Shown here piece after piece: positions 24,707 to 38,266 of a stretch of DNA of 64,000 nucleotides. The translations under genes and the position numbers were made by a program. Every line of letters begins with the position of its first letter. Within the stretch, counting starts at the first letter, position 1. The notes under the pieces were generated by a model, which saw nothing but the letters and a program-made list of their open reading frames with translations, had not been told where the DNA came from and did not search any database. Location: positions 10,106,001 through 10,170,000 of the forward strand of contig OZ286468.1 in assembly GCA_965644265.1 (NCBI GenBank), read 5' to 3'. This DNA is from Glycera tridactyla (Eukaryota).

Positions 24707-25923
24707 ATACCCCGCTCTTGAAAAAGCGGGGTATTATAGTTTCACCTGCGGCGTCCGTCCATCCACATTTCATGCAATAACTTTGGATTGGCTGGTCCGA
24801 TTTTCATAAAACTTCATAACTGTGATCTATGTAAATATTTTATTCCCGAATTTGATTTTTGTACCTGAAGGTCAGAGGTCAAGGTCACAGGAGCTATTTA
24901 TAGATTTTCTTATTTTACACTTTAACTCAATCTAGCCTCAATGGATATGCACCAAACTTACACAAAGCGATCACCCAAGGGGAGGGGGGCACCTCCCTTT
25001 CGATGGCTGTGACCCTAGGTCAAAGGTCAAGGTCACAGGAGCTATTTATAGATTTTCTCATTTTACACTCTAACCTGAGCTGGCTTCGATGGATATGCAT
25101 CAAACTTACACAAAGTAATGATCCAATGGTAGGCCACCTCCCTTTTGATGCATGTGGCCCTAGGTCAAAGGTCAAGGTCACAGCTGCTATTTATAGATTT
25201 TCACATTTTACACTCTAACCTGAGCTAGCTTCAATGGATATGCACCAAACTCACACCAAGTAATGACTTAATGGTAGGCAACCTCCCTTTTTATGCATAT
25301 GACCATCGGTCAAAGGTCAAGGTCACAGAAGCTATTTATAATTTTTTTATTTTACACTATAACCCGAGCTAGCTTCGATGGATATGCACCAAACTTACAA
25401 AAAGTAATGACCTGATGCATGTGACCCTGGGTCAAAGGTCAAGGTCACAGGAGCTATTCATAAATTTTGCTCATTTTACACTCCAGCTCAAGCTTGCATT
25501 GATTGATATGCACCAAAGTTGCACAACGTTATGACCCAATGGTGAGATCTCTCCCATTCGGTGCATGTGACCTTGGGTCAAAGGTCAAGGCCATAGGAGC
25601 TATTTTTAAATTTCCACGTCTCACGCAATAACTCAGGCTAGCATTGTTGGATGAAGATCAAACTGATCTGGGATGATCAAGCAATGTAACAACATCTCCC
25701 TTACAATGCATGTGACCCTAAGTCATTGGTCGAGGTGAAGGTTTCAGGTGCTACTGTTAGATTTTCTTATTTTACCCAGTGATCCAGTGACTTATTATAT
25801 AGCCAACGAAACATCTCAATGACCTTTTCCGGTATGGATTACCCACTGTGCTCCCGTTTGCGATATGGGTTACCCACTGTGCTCCCGTGTGCGGGGTATC
25901 TTGCCCCTCTGTGTCCTTGTTGA
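24707..25923. mobile_element. HINE/DINE-1-like element with an internal GGTCAAAGGTCAAGGTCAC satellite array, in PGLS intron 4
   Basis: 5' subTIR ATACCCCGC (24707-15), inverted GCGGGGTAT (24726-34), GTCC-type microsatellite, roughly 120-bp tandem units, 3' subTIR GCGGGGTAT (25891-99), T-rich flanks. Confidence 0.75.
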
Positions 25924-26783
25924 ATTTAATTTTATGTAAGTGCAGGGATGTGATTGTTCCTTGGATCTGCGGATTTCCGGGTTTTTGATCACAAATGCAG
26001 CGATCCATGCATATGACAGAAAATAGTATTTTATGCTGATTATCTTGGATTTGAGATCCTGAAAATCAGACTAGCATTAGTGGAGATAGAGCACATAGTT
26101 TATATGTAGTCATAGTAGCAATTAGTTAGCAGTTTTGGTATTTCTTGGTCCACAAAATCTTTGTGAAAAGCGCCTCTGGTCAGGTTTTTAGTATTTTTGG
26201 CCGTGAGCCGATCCCATACCTGGTAACTGACATGATGCGCAGTCAACAGGTCCATAAAATGTGTCAAATGCGCAAGCCCAATGTTTGGGTTTCATACGGG
26301 TCTTAACCCATGACCTTCTGAGTAAGGCATCTACTGTCAGCACTCCTAACAACTATGCCAGAGTAATTGCACACACAACACACACATGCATGCAGACACA
26401 CACACACACACACACACTCACACACACACACACTGGTTTGAGCATGAATATGAGTTTAAAAACTGGTTCTTGGCTGCTGGATTTCTGGATGTGTTATGAA
26501 ATCAAGGACAGTATTTGCCAGACAAGTGGAAACATTGTGTCAGAAAATATCTTCGACAGGCTGAGATACTCAGATGGTGTTACTTTAATGGGTGTGTTAA
26601 AAAGAGTGCCCGAATATTCCTGCCAGGCAAAGGTTTTGAAAACTCATGTCAACTTGTCAAGAATACCAGACTGTTAACAATATTAAATTTTTTCATATTG
26701 TGCCCAGCTCTTGCTAACTTTTAGCAGGAAGTCCTTTCATTACTTGGTCTTCAATGTAAGTTCTTAAATTTTGTATGTTGTAG

Positions 26784-26900
26784 AGGGTTCTAGAAGGAAA
26801 GGAGGAACCACCGCTGCCAGCAGCACGAGTAAAACTGACTCAGGGAAAAGTTTACTGGTACCTGGATGAAGGGGCTGCAGGACTTCTCAAGGAGAAATAA
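26784..26900 (+). CDS. PGLS: 6-phosphogluconolactonase exon 5 (stop); total CDS 741 nt, 246 aa
   Basis: gttgtag|AGG; RVLEGKEEPPLPAARV...VYWYLDEGAAGLL..*. Confidence 0.93.
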   Translation, partial: RVLEGKEEPPLPAARVKLTQGKVYWYLDEGAAGLLKEK

Positions 26901-29900
26901 ATCTGAAGGTCATCATCACGTGGTGCTTGCAGTCGCCACTTTGTATCAAAGATCTGATTGATCTGTCAGTCCAGTCTTCCATCGGTGCTTCACTAAGAGG
27001 GGATCATGTGCATTAGAATACTGTTAGATGTCTGCTTTTATGTAGTTTCCTAGGATACAGGGGATGTGACAGTCGGTGCAGACATCTTCAGATTATCCAC
27101 TGTGCCATCAATTAGATAACTTTTTTTCTTGGAACATAACTGCCTTCATCCTCTTAGAAAAGAATCAATCAAACCCATATTCTGCAAAGGGATACTGCTC
27201 GTTTTTCCATTTTGTTTTGGTAATTCTTGATTGTTTTCTACAATATGTGTGTATGAAATTTGCATTGAGGAGAGTCATGGAACAGGGCAATAAAGTGACA
27301 TCTGGCGGCCAGTGAGACATCCCAGTAGAGGGCGTCCTGACACACAAATGTAACCAACGATGGCCACCAACAGGTTTGTGAATGTTCTGGGTCTATATTT
27401 CAACCCAGGATTTCTTAAAATACCACACAGTCTATGAGTTGAGAAGACTGTATCATTGTTGGGCTGACTAAAGTTAGCAACCCATAGTTGTGGGTATTTA
27501 TCTGCATGGTTCATGCTCCTCTGCTAACATCAAATTCAAAGAGACTTGAAGTTTTTCAAAGACAAATACAATTTTCTGCACAAAACGCCTAGAAGAATGA
27601 TATATCAGTATCAGTATGACATCCATTACAATTCAGCATCCAGATACTATGCCCATTTTGCTTGATAAAACACTCTGTGCATCTCAAATTTTAAGACACC
27701 AGAGACAGATGATTCCATTCACAATTTGCATGACAACTATCAAAAAGATTCAGTCATAGAGAATTGGTTGTGTCAATCCTGTGACTGAACTGACATTGAA
27801 AATCAGTATTCTAAAGATTTCTGGATACTATCTGTGATAAATTTGTTGGATTAATGGTCTTTGTGCCAAATGATAATTTTATCTACATATCAGATTTGTT
27901 TTGTTGTGTAATCATGTATGGAAGTACAAGATGTAATGTGTGTGAGATCAATTTCTGGTTGCTGTCTGCATGCTCGCTAACTCACCTTTGTCTCATTCAT
28001 ATGAACAGTTATGAAAGTAACTCGCAACCAAATTCCTGATCAATACAAAATTGCCATCACATTTTTGAAAGTGATCCAATTGGAACACGTTCAAAATTAG
28101 TACTGAACGATTGTTCCACAGAAGCAGTGATGCTACCAGGCTTACATGAATTTTCATGAATTGCAAGCAAATTTCTTGAAAATGCCCCTACATACTCCCA
28201 AAAGCCACTGATTTGACACTGCAGAAGCGAAATATAATGATCTGTACAGTATCCCCCCCCCACTCAAAATGCCAAATTTACTCTTATGTACACTGGATGG
28301 ATAAGCAAGTGAGTTCAGTATTCAGTTTTTTCGGTGTGCATCCCTAGACAGCAATCTCTACTGAATTTATTTTACCTGTGTTATGATAAATATTTCCTGT
28401 TTATTGGATTTAGTTGACACTGAGTATTTTGAGACATTCCAAAGAGAGATTCAGATAAGATGTTATAAGCCTTCGAAAGTGTCATATCTGTGAACACATC
28501 TGGAATCTGTAAACAGATACACAGGCATATTGATTTGTTTTGATGCCTCCAGTCAATGCGAGTCAGTCCAAGTTCTGTTTCAATCATATCAAACTCTAGC
28601 CTAGTTCTGCTGTCGGCCCTGCCAGTGAGATGAATTGGCCATCTTCTTCGAAGGAGCTACTTAGTATTGTATGTTTTGGACCTGTTGCCAATCTGTGATG
28701 TTGCTTGTTCTTGTTGGATGATAGTCCAACAGCAACTGGCAGGTTGTGCCTAACTAACTCAGGACAGTATCCATACTTAAGGGATGTGATTGGCTAACAA
28801 CCGAGCATCTTGAAAACCTGACTGGAGGCGATTTTCACCATGATTTTGTGGACCAAGACACCCCAACAACTGCTAACTAATGGCTATTAAAACTGCTTCT
28901 AAACTATCTGCTCAATCTCCACTAATCAGGTCCAATTTTCATGATCTGAAATCCCAAATCATCAGCATAAATTGCGCTTCTCTGCCACATGTATGGATAG
29001 CTGCAATTGTGATAGAAGATCCTGGAAATCTGCGGGAACTATCATATCCCAGATACTTGCTTCATTCCTTTTGTTATGTCTTACAATTGCTGCTGAATAT
29101 CCCGGATAGATTTTAAGATTTTGGTCATTGGGCCCTGTGGCGTATCAACTTGACTCTCTTCTGGTTTTACGTCACCTCAGCACTATCTGGGCTATATCAT
29201 AATGCCCATGCGATGGGCATGTGTTGGATCCTCCAAGACTCCTGCTTTTGGGTCCCAAACAGAACGTGAAAATTTATGAAATTCCCAGACTGGGCCATGA
29301 CATATGATGGGTTATCCCCTATCCATCAAAGAATAAACAGCCGGGCCAGCAGACCAATAGTTGGAGATATTGGTTGGCCAAAAAGGCAAAGATTGAGGGC
29401 TGTGGGCCCGAGCCCTCCAACAATCTGGATCTTCTGAAAATTGGCCTCACTGTGGATGTCAATGAAATGTTGCAGACCAGGAACCTGCCAAGCGAATTAA
29501 TGCGTCATCTAAAACCTCGATCGATGAATGTGGTTTGAGGTCAGCTCTATATTTGTTTTGATGGTTATTACTAGGATAATTCAACTCTATCTAGATTCTG
29601 TTTATTTTTCAATAAAGATGATTACTCTTTATATATGCATCCTTGTGTTCTTTTTCAAGGTACTTTTTTTCCATGGGGTCTTCGCACTCTGTCCACAGTT
29701 GAGAAGTGTGTGAAAAAACGTGGAGGTAACACTAATTACCAGGGAACACATTTGTAAATACACTCAAAGCTCCTCTAAAGACCACCTCTCTATAAAGACC
29801 ACTTTTTGGCTCGCATGCGAAGCTAAATGCGAGTCTTTGTAATCACGCTACATTCTTGAAATTTGGTATACATATGCATCAGTAGTTGGACAACAACATG

Positions 29901-30284
29901 GGAGCATTCTTTTTCATAATCCATCTCATATAGGTGGGAAATTTTGAGGGAAAAGAAGACTTTTTTATTTGTGAGTTTGGAATTTATTGAGACAGCTGAA
30001 CCCATTCATTCTGCCTGAGTTGCATAAGACACCACGGAAATGTGCATGATTCTCCGCGTGTACTTTCATTGTTGGGGAAGGCTCTCCCGGTGACTCTTTT
30101 GTTCTTGGCTCTGTTACATAATCGTCTAATCAGTTTCATGCACCAACTGCTACATCAAACACTGTATAAATAGATGGACCTAAGTTCACTTTCTCATACA
30201 TACACTAGTATGCATATCCGATTATTTGCTCCCTCGAGCACAGTATAGATGGACCTCATTTCACTTTCTTATACATACACATGT

Positions 30285-30705
30285 ATGGGTGGGGTGGGGC
30301 CAGGGTCGAGGGGAAGTATTGGGCCGGGGGGGGGGGGGGGGGGGGGCGGGGCGGGGGGCAGGGGTAGGTGAAGGATGGGGATGGGTGGGGTGAGTTCTGT
30401 GGTGGGTGTGGGGGGGGGGGGCGGGCGGGCGTGGGGGGATTGGTTGGTTGGTTCCAGGGTGGGGAGGAGGGGGGGGGGGGGGGTAAGGGCCAGGGATGGG
30501 TGGCAGTAGGCGTGGGGTGGGGAAGATGGTTGGGGGTGGGCCACAGATATGGGGTTGGGTGTGTGTGTGTGAGGGGATTGGTGGGGTGGGTCTGGGGGTT
30601 GGGGAGGTAGGGCCTGGGGTGGGGAGATGGGTGAGTGAGTGGGGGAAAGGTGGGGTGGTGGGGCACACACACACAAACACACACACACACACCCACACAC
30701 ACAGA
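30285..30705. repeat. G-rich low-complexity tract followed by (CA)n
   Basis: Many G runs of 3 or more; the overlapping Pro-rich ORFs are artefacts. Confidence 0.85.
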
Positions 30706-31339
30706 TGTGTCCCCTTTCGACAAGCGGCGTGCATGCGAGCCTTTTGTGCATTTATGCCTTGTTATGCTATAAAAAGCAGTCTTCATAGAGATGTGCGACT
30801 GTAGAAGAAATAGATATTTTCTCGTGTAGATCGGAAGATGTGGAAGCACCAAATATATATTCTGTACATTCTGTCCTTGATAATGAGGACATGTTTCATA
30901 CAGCCAGGCCATCACTACAGTATTAGTCGGCCGGCCCAAAAGCTGAAGTACACTTTTGATGGCATTGTTTGTTACAAGCAGGTAACCATACTTGATGTAT
31001 GCTAAATATATCTGGGTTTAAGGTAGGGATGGTTACCACTTGAAATTTTGATCGTTTGGGTGAAATTTTCAGTTTTTTCACGGAGGATGTCAGAAGGCAT
31101 TTACTCATGCCCTGTTACCATCATTGGCAGAGATACAAGCCAGAAACATGGTCAGCTTTTGCAATTAAGTTCAATCTTTCCTTATTTAGAGGACTACCAT
31201 GCATATAGGAATGTTTTAGGGTGGGTCTGAATTAGAAAATTGTCCAAAATCTGTAAGAAAATGATGAATTTGGTCATTTTTTCTCCCAAATTGGATCACG
31301 AAGTTTGTTTTGGTTTGGTTTAGGTTCAACACCGTGTAT

Positions 31340-31990
31340 AAACCCAGCGGATTGTGTATGCCATGTGTTCCTGGTCAATGAAACTAGATGTTTGCTCCCC
31401 TGCAGACATCACTCACAAAGCCTGACTGTTCATACACACCTCTACCTATCTGGCATGAACACAGTCAACCCAGCGAAGGCACATCTGACTACAGTATATA
31501 ACTGGCTGGAAGCTGACACTCAATCCTGATGGCAATACTTACTGTTTGAGCAAAGAACAGTCCTCAAAACAAGGGAAAGCATCATGTTTGTAGAATACTT
31601 GACCAATGTGTCAAAATTATGAAAAATCAATTTCAAACCAGTTTTACAATGATGGATGCCCCATGCTCACAGTATGACGTCATCACACTTTCCAGTGAAG
31701 CTAGTCACAGCCCTAGTAACCCAGAAAGGGTGTGTGTGCTACACAGTTTCCAAATGATGACAATATCTGTGACAGGTAAACCATAAGCCACCTTCACATG
31801 CGATTATTTCACTGAAGAAATATGAAAGAGCTCAGAGTGATGGGACATGTGATGGTGTAATTTTGGTAGAGATCGCTTAAGAGACAGATGATAGAGAATT
31901 TATTTTGAAGGCATATTTTTTTTCAACCCCCAACCCAAATGATATTGAGAAAAAGAGAAGGGATGATGCTACACCTAGACCACATCATAT
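31340..31990 (+). repeat. Uninterrupted copy of a repeat whose second copy (from about 35030) is split by large retroelement insertions
   Basis: Collinear similarity to 35030-35292, 49041-49247 and 53294-53550 (shared motifs cccctgcagacatcact, ctggctggaagct, cagccctagtaacccagaa, gacaatatc, gagaaaaagagaagggatgatgctaca). Confidence 0.75.
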
Positions 31991-34140
31991 GGATATGACA
32001 TGAAACCTGTCATAAATTAATTTGAAATAGTATCTGTGAGGATTGCTATGAAGAGCCATAATACAATGCCATAATACACCAATTGAAATCAATGTGCACT
32101 GCAAGAGTATTAACACTTTCATAGTTTGTCCTACCTGCATTTATGTGGGCTTCTTCATTCAATACAGTTTCAGTTCTCTCATGGTTGTACCTGAAGACAT
32201 TTATCCTGTTGAGCTGCTGCTCCAGCCTGGCCACTGGAGTTTTATCCTTGGTATGTGTATGATCAAACTGCTCCGTCTGCCTGAATCCGTGCACTTTCAG
32301 TGGCTTGTGTAAGGCATTCTGTATAGCAGCAAACAGTCAGACTATCACCCTTCTCTTTCCCAGTGAATGCACAAAAACTTGGTCAGTCACATTAGGTTGA
32401 TTGGTTGGTTCTGGTTTGACATCATATCAGCATCAAATGGACTATATTGTGATGCTCATGCAATGGGCATGGGTGGGACTATTCAGGACTCCTTCTTCTG
32501 GGTCCCCAGCTGGTGAAAATTTATGAAACAGACATTTTACATCCATTCCACTAACATTTAACCAGTCCAAGAATCATTTTCACTTGAAATGAAACGTTGC
32601 TTCTTTGGTCCATCAGTGTGTCTGAACCACTGCAGGGTATGGATTTCAATCCATCATTACTTACCATGCATAAAATTCTGACTGGACCCAGAAATATCAT
32701 CCCAGCCAGTGTTCCCAGTGCTTGCCCATTTCTTTCAGGAAATCAGTCAACCATAATGAAAATGACATTCTTATACTTTTCTGGATCAGTCCTCAAGTTC
32801 ATTTCATCTACTACACGAGAACTGTTCAACCGCAATCAATATAAGTTTGTGATACAATTGATCAATCTGATGCAATTTGATCAATTGATCACAACGCTCG
32901 AAGAATAATTTTGATCTGCTGGGGCCTGAAGGAATAGCAGCATACCACATGTAGTTATTGGTGGATCAGCCTCACTTGTGGCTTTATTGAAGGAAATATC
33001 CTGACACATATCGACCTTTGTTCATACATACTTGCTAACAGCTACTCATAACCCTTCAACATGACCATACTTTTTGCATTACTTTCATCAATATATTTGA
33101 TCCAATATGTCAAAGCAATTGTCACATCTTCATGAAACACTGGTGGTACATATCCAAGGTTCAAGGTGTGAACTTTCTCAACACTTTTGGCATTCTGTTC
33201 ATATCTTGCTAAAATATCCATTGCTACAGTGGTATCTGTCCTCTTGACTGTACCCATCCTAACTGTATGTCCTGCTGCATGAAATAGTATTACTAATTAT
33301 TTCGGCTGTACATTCTAACCTTGGTTGGTTCTCCCATTTCTCTATGAGCGCCAATTGCACTTATGATGCCTTCAAAGAGTATGTGAAAAGGAATAAAAAT
33401 AACCTGACAGGAATTGCTACCTTCATGTGTTCCTTGTCAATAACACCCCATGTACCAGTTCTTGGAGAATATTATTATGTGGTAGCTGTTGGCCTTTTGC
33501 TCGGTATAAATCATTTTAATCAGTGTCATCGTCATCAGCCTGCATAGCCATTGTCCAATGTTCTGCCAATGATTATTATCTCCTGAGAAAATCCAATGCT
33601 GATACATTTCTCAGGTTAGTGCTGATGTATTTCTTAAATTCATAAGTCTTTCATTCTGCCAGAATATTGATATAATTGCCAGCTTATCAAATGTGTTCTG
33701 GAACTGCATCCTGGTGGAAGATCAATAATAATGGCCACTCTTGTATTACTGTTCAACTCTACAGTTCTTGATTTCTTCATTAATCTAATCAATTTGGGAT
33801 TTTTCAGTATGTGGCATGGTGTCAGTGCTGGAAATCACACAACTGACAATGATCTCTGAGGTGGAATCATGCAGTGATCTTCACTCATGAGCAGCGTCAA
33901 GAACCCTGGACTCTCTTTCTTCCGAGGCAATTCAGAGATTGGTAGTTTTTCCCACTTGTGAAATTTCTTTTGAGACTGTGACTTGGGTAATATTAGTATT
34001 GTGTGGTTGTTTCCTTGATTGGTGTTCTTTCATCCTATTAGAGATACTTGATCTTTCATCCTATAAGATATACTTGCTCACCATTGGTGTGAGTTATATA
34101 ATATAGAAGTATGGGTACAGTTCAAGCTCCCAATTTCACA

Positions 34141-34143
<3 letters not shown>

Positions 34144-34216
<73 letters not shown>
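34144..34216. repeat. (TG)n microsatellite
   Basis: Direct reading. Confidence 0.95.
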
Positions 34217-34220
<4 letters not shown>

Positions 34221-34836
34221 TGCTAATAGTTTGAACAGAAAAAATGGATGAAACATCGTAATGATGAAAAGATTAATGATAAGGATGGCTATCAATGACC
34301 ATCACTCGCAGTGGTCTGAAAGTTGGGGGAAGTGTACTGTTGGCATGCCATACTCCCGACACTTCAACAGCTGCATCATATAGACATTCCATCTACCCCT
34401 TCCTGTGTGCTGCCATCTTCGTAGATCAACCATGGACCATGTCTACCTCAAACCCCTTCACTTGCACAAATGTCCTGATAGTTGATGGAATAAAGATGGA
34501 AGTGTGTTCTCTGGCTATGGCTACTGTCATACTCATAAATGACCCTTCGATACCTGAAATGGGTTTCAGTCATTTTGACACAAAATCAGTTCACAGCTCA
34601 TATGGGACATATGAGACATCGATTGATTAAAAGACAACCAAATATATCTTATTTTTACTGCCAACAATTCCATGGCTGGTTCAGGCAGATCTGAGCATAG
34701 AATGGTCAATTGTTATGAATCATTCCTGTGCTTTGCTCTACTATGGATAACAAAATCTTGGTGGGAATACTAAACAATGATCATACATATAAATCCTGGT
34801 TGTTTCACTTGTTTTATTGTATTTGAAATTCACATA

Positions 34837-34985
34837 CAGTCAAACCTGCTCGAGAGACCACCTCTCTATGATGACCACCTGTCCATGAAGGCCTCCCTTG
34901 AATGCAGCCGTTATAGTATTTTCAAGAGCAAATGATCTCTCTAAAGAGATCACCTGCCTAGGATGGCCACTTTTTTATGCAACCA
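34837..34985. mobile_element. Partial or diverged copy of the TA-MITE family
   Basis: TA|CAGTCAAACCT start and gaccacctctctat core; right TIR not seen. Confidence 0.6.
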
Positions 34986-35292
34986 ATTGATTGATTGTTT
35001 AAGGTTTAACGGCATGTATCAACCCACAGGATTATTTATGCCGTGTGTTCCTTCCTTAATGAAAGCTAGATGTTCTCTCCCCTGCAGACATCACTCTCAC
35101 AAACCCTGAACACAAGATGATGGGGAACCTGAAAGGTTGTCAAGTGGAAGTAGCTGACAGTTCAAACACACCTCTACCTAATCTAAACATATACAAATAA
35201 ACCTAGGATGGCATATCTAACTATATAGCTGGCTGGAAGCTAACACCCAAGCCTGATAGCAATGCATTTTTTTTTTCGCAAAGCGCAGCACT

Positions 35293-36804
35293 TGAAGTGT
35301 GTAAATTACACTTCTGGCAAGTTTATAGCAAATGTACTTCTGGCATAGATGTAGGAATAATCTGAATAGATATCTGGTCAGTCTATCAATAAATCTCAAC
35401 TATAGCAAGTGTGAGAGTGAATACAAACGCAATCAGTTCCATATAAGTCCAGATTTAATGGCACACAACACAAACTATATGACTATACAGTTGTGGCCAA
35501 TAATGAATGGGTGGTGACTAAAACTAGGTGCTAGTGATGTGCTGATGATGAGGGATGACCGATGTGCTTGGTGTAGCAGCTGGGAGCAGAGTGACCCTGA
35601 GTTCTATTCTCCCACTGGTTTGTTGAACACACAGCATCATTGGTAGCATCACACACACACACCCAGCAGCATGTAGAAACATAGCAACCACCAACTCATT
35701 ATCATGCACACAGAGACACCAAAACTACTCACAGTAAATACAAATGACTACATAGCAAAATAATGATATACACATGAACAATAAGTTTCTCTGTTACAGG
35801 ATATGAATCTATTATTGGTGATTATGTTTTCAGGAGGGAATGGTGATGCTCCATCCATAAATAGTACCAAACAAAATAATTAGTACAAGACAATTGAAAT
35901 TATATTTGGGTGTAAAGGGGTGTCTGAGGCCAGCTTCCTGGCAACCGTATGCACACTCCTGTACACACATACACTTGCATGTAGCAAGTTGGTTACCTGG
36001 CATCTGTCTGACATGACAACTTTGTTTGGACATGACTGTAACCATCTAAGTGTGGAATCATTACCAATGATATTAATCTTATTTATGATCTTCTGTGGCA
36101 GGACTGTGTGGGTTGTGACTGATTAGAGCCCAACCTGTATTAAGAGACTGGTCCTTCACACAGAGGAAGATATACAATAAGATATTGCATATGAGGAAGA
36201 TTGTCTCCTTGATAGACACAATATCAGCAGGCATTTTTCAGCACACATGGAAATACTTGGGGGGGGGGGGGTTCTGACTCCCCAACTCAGTAACTGGTCA
36301 CTGACCTGGTGATGCAGGGCATGCTAGTGCCTGCCTGCTGTACAGGGGGCATGCTGAAACCAGATAACATGTTTGCATCTGAAATGAGCTTGTGTCATGG
36401 AGTCATGTCCATTCCTTTGTATGTTTGGTGACTATTTCATCAGCTAGGAATTGAAGGAAAATAAATGATGAAAATGCCAGGATTGACATTTCTGATTGTT
36501 TCAAAACAGGAAGTAGAATATAAGATAATGACCATTTCCAGGGAGACAGATTGGTTAAATATAAGATTATAGATTGTCTCAACTGGAATGAGGTCAGCAA
36601 TAGGCAATATTATAAAATAGGTCAAGTTAGAATATATCAATCAATAAAATAATTCATATTCAGATCACCTTCCTGTGATCACCTCAACTTCATCAATCAA
36701 TCAAAAACAAATTTCATCTGGCTGTCAACTTCCTGACATTGACATGGCAACCCACTGGTTCCAGTCAAACCTGTCCTCTTGACAGCACAGATTTCGGTCC
36801 TACA
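35293..36804 (-). repeat. 3' LTR of Gypsy-2
   Basis: Repeat of 47529-49040 (offset 12,236). Confidence 0.97.
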
Positions 36805-36819
36805 ACTACTCCCCCCCTC
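36805..36819 (-). promoter_or_regulatory. PPT of Gypsy-2 (GAGGGGGGGAGTAGT)
   Basis: Abuts the 3' LTR; identical to 60367-60381. Confidence 0.9.
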
Positions 36820-38266
36820 AAAAACAGGCACTAGTGTCTGTATGCCAGCGTCCTCGCTGGTAAAAACTAGAGGGTAGTATAAGTAAGACACGTGTGTAGG
36901 GCCGTAAATTGTGTATGTGAGCGATGTGTGTGAATGTGGCAAGCAGTATGGTTGCGAGTTGTGTGGTGAGTGTCTGTGTGTGCGTGTTTGCAGTGGCATC
37001 GCGGGAAGGTGGGCTGGTGTAGGCGAGGAAAGGAGTGTTTGCGCGCAAGGAGAGGTTGGGGGTAGGAGCGAGTCGCTGCGTGTGCGTGCGAATGTTTGGC
37101 GGTGAGCCGGTGTGAAATGACTGTAAACATGCTTAGTTGAACTGGCGTGACGCTGTTGCTCGTGGACAGGATGAGTGGCCCTGTGTGTGTGAATGCGCTT
37201 GTGTGTGAAGGCAATGGCATGTGTGAGTGTGCGAACAGGGTGCGTGCGTGTGTGAAGATGCTAGTGTGGCGTTGTGTGATGGTTTTTGTGTTGCGGGTAT
37301 GTGACGAAGTGGACTGAGACAACTGAGAAGACACGCGTCGTCAAGCATGCTCCAAGCGTAAAGACCTGTGGTAGAAGGTTTCACGCGCCAATTTTCCAGC
37401 AACATAAGACATGGTGTGTGCAAAATAAAAATAAAAATGCAGCAAACCAAAATGACATGATCAAGTAAACAGACAATGAAACAATGGCAACAAACTGTGA
37501 ACTGGTGAATGTGTGAGGGCGGGCGGGATGGTAAATGTAAAGAATAAAACATGTGTGATGAGGTGAGTGTGTGGCGTTTGTTCTATGGCTGGTTGAGTTC
37601 AATAAATGTTCACTGATTTGATGCATCCGTGATCCACACGTCCAGGTGGAACAATCGGCAGGAAGACAAAACTGCGATCGGGTCTTCCTGGGTCCGCTGA
37701 CAGATGGGTCAGCGTGTCTGTGCTTGAGAACATGAAATAAGGCTGCTGGTTGAACCCACCCCGTTTGTCAAGTGCAACCCTTGCACTAGCGCCGAAGCGC
37801 TCCTAGAATGGCCATCCCACCCCCTAAAGCAGCATATGAAACCCCAAGTGACCACCATATCGAGAAAGGTGGGGCGGGTGCGACAAGACAGCCCGCTTAA
37901 TTATATGACTCCAGTGCAGGCATGCGACGATTGCACTGCTGTCGGTGTAGGCGCGAGGTCGATCTGTTGTGCTTGTGGTGAAAGTGCTCCTGGCCCATCT
38001 CTGGCGCCCTCTGGCGGTGATGTGTGTAGTGGTTATGTGTCGCTGGTTCAGTCTTTCCTGGCTTTGGCGAGATGGCTGCGTGTGCTCCGCGCCCGTTTAG
38101 CAGTTGCCTCGCCTCCACCTACCACCCCAAAACAGCTAGGTGATTCAAATTCAATTCAAATTCAGTATGCATCTGGGTTGGCTGCGTGTGCTCCGCGCCC
38201 GTTTAGCAGTTGCCCCCTAGCAAGCAAAGTATTATCAAAACAAGTCACTATCATTCACTGTGTGTT

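Noticed and set aside
30256-30939. Pro-rich or Gly-rich ORFs up to 227 aa
   Set aside because: Artefacts of the G-rich and CA low-complexity tract.
33042-33540. Minus-strand peptide LFHAAGHTVRMGTVKRTDTT..., faintly like a tyrosine recombinase C-terminus
   Set aside because: Too degenerate; other catalytic motifs not found. A tBLASTn/HMM search would be needed.
35332-36640. Small ORFs duplicated at 47568-48876
   Set aside because: Duplicated only because they lie in the LTRs; no coding signature.
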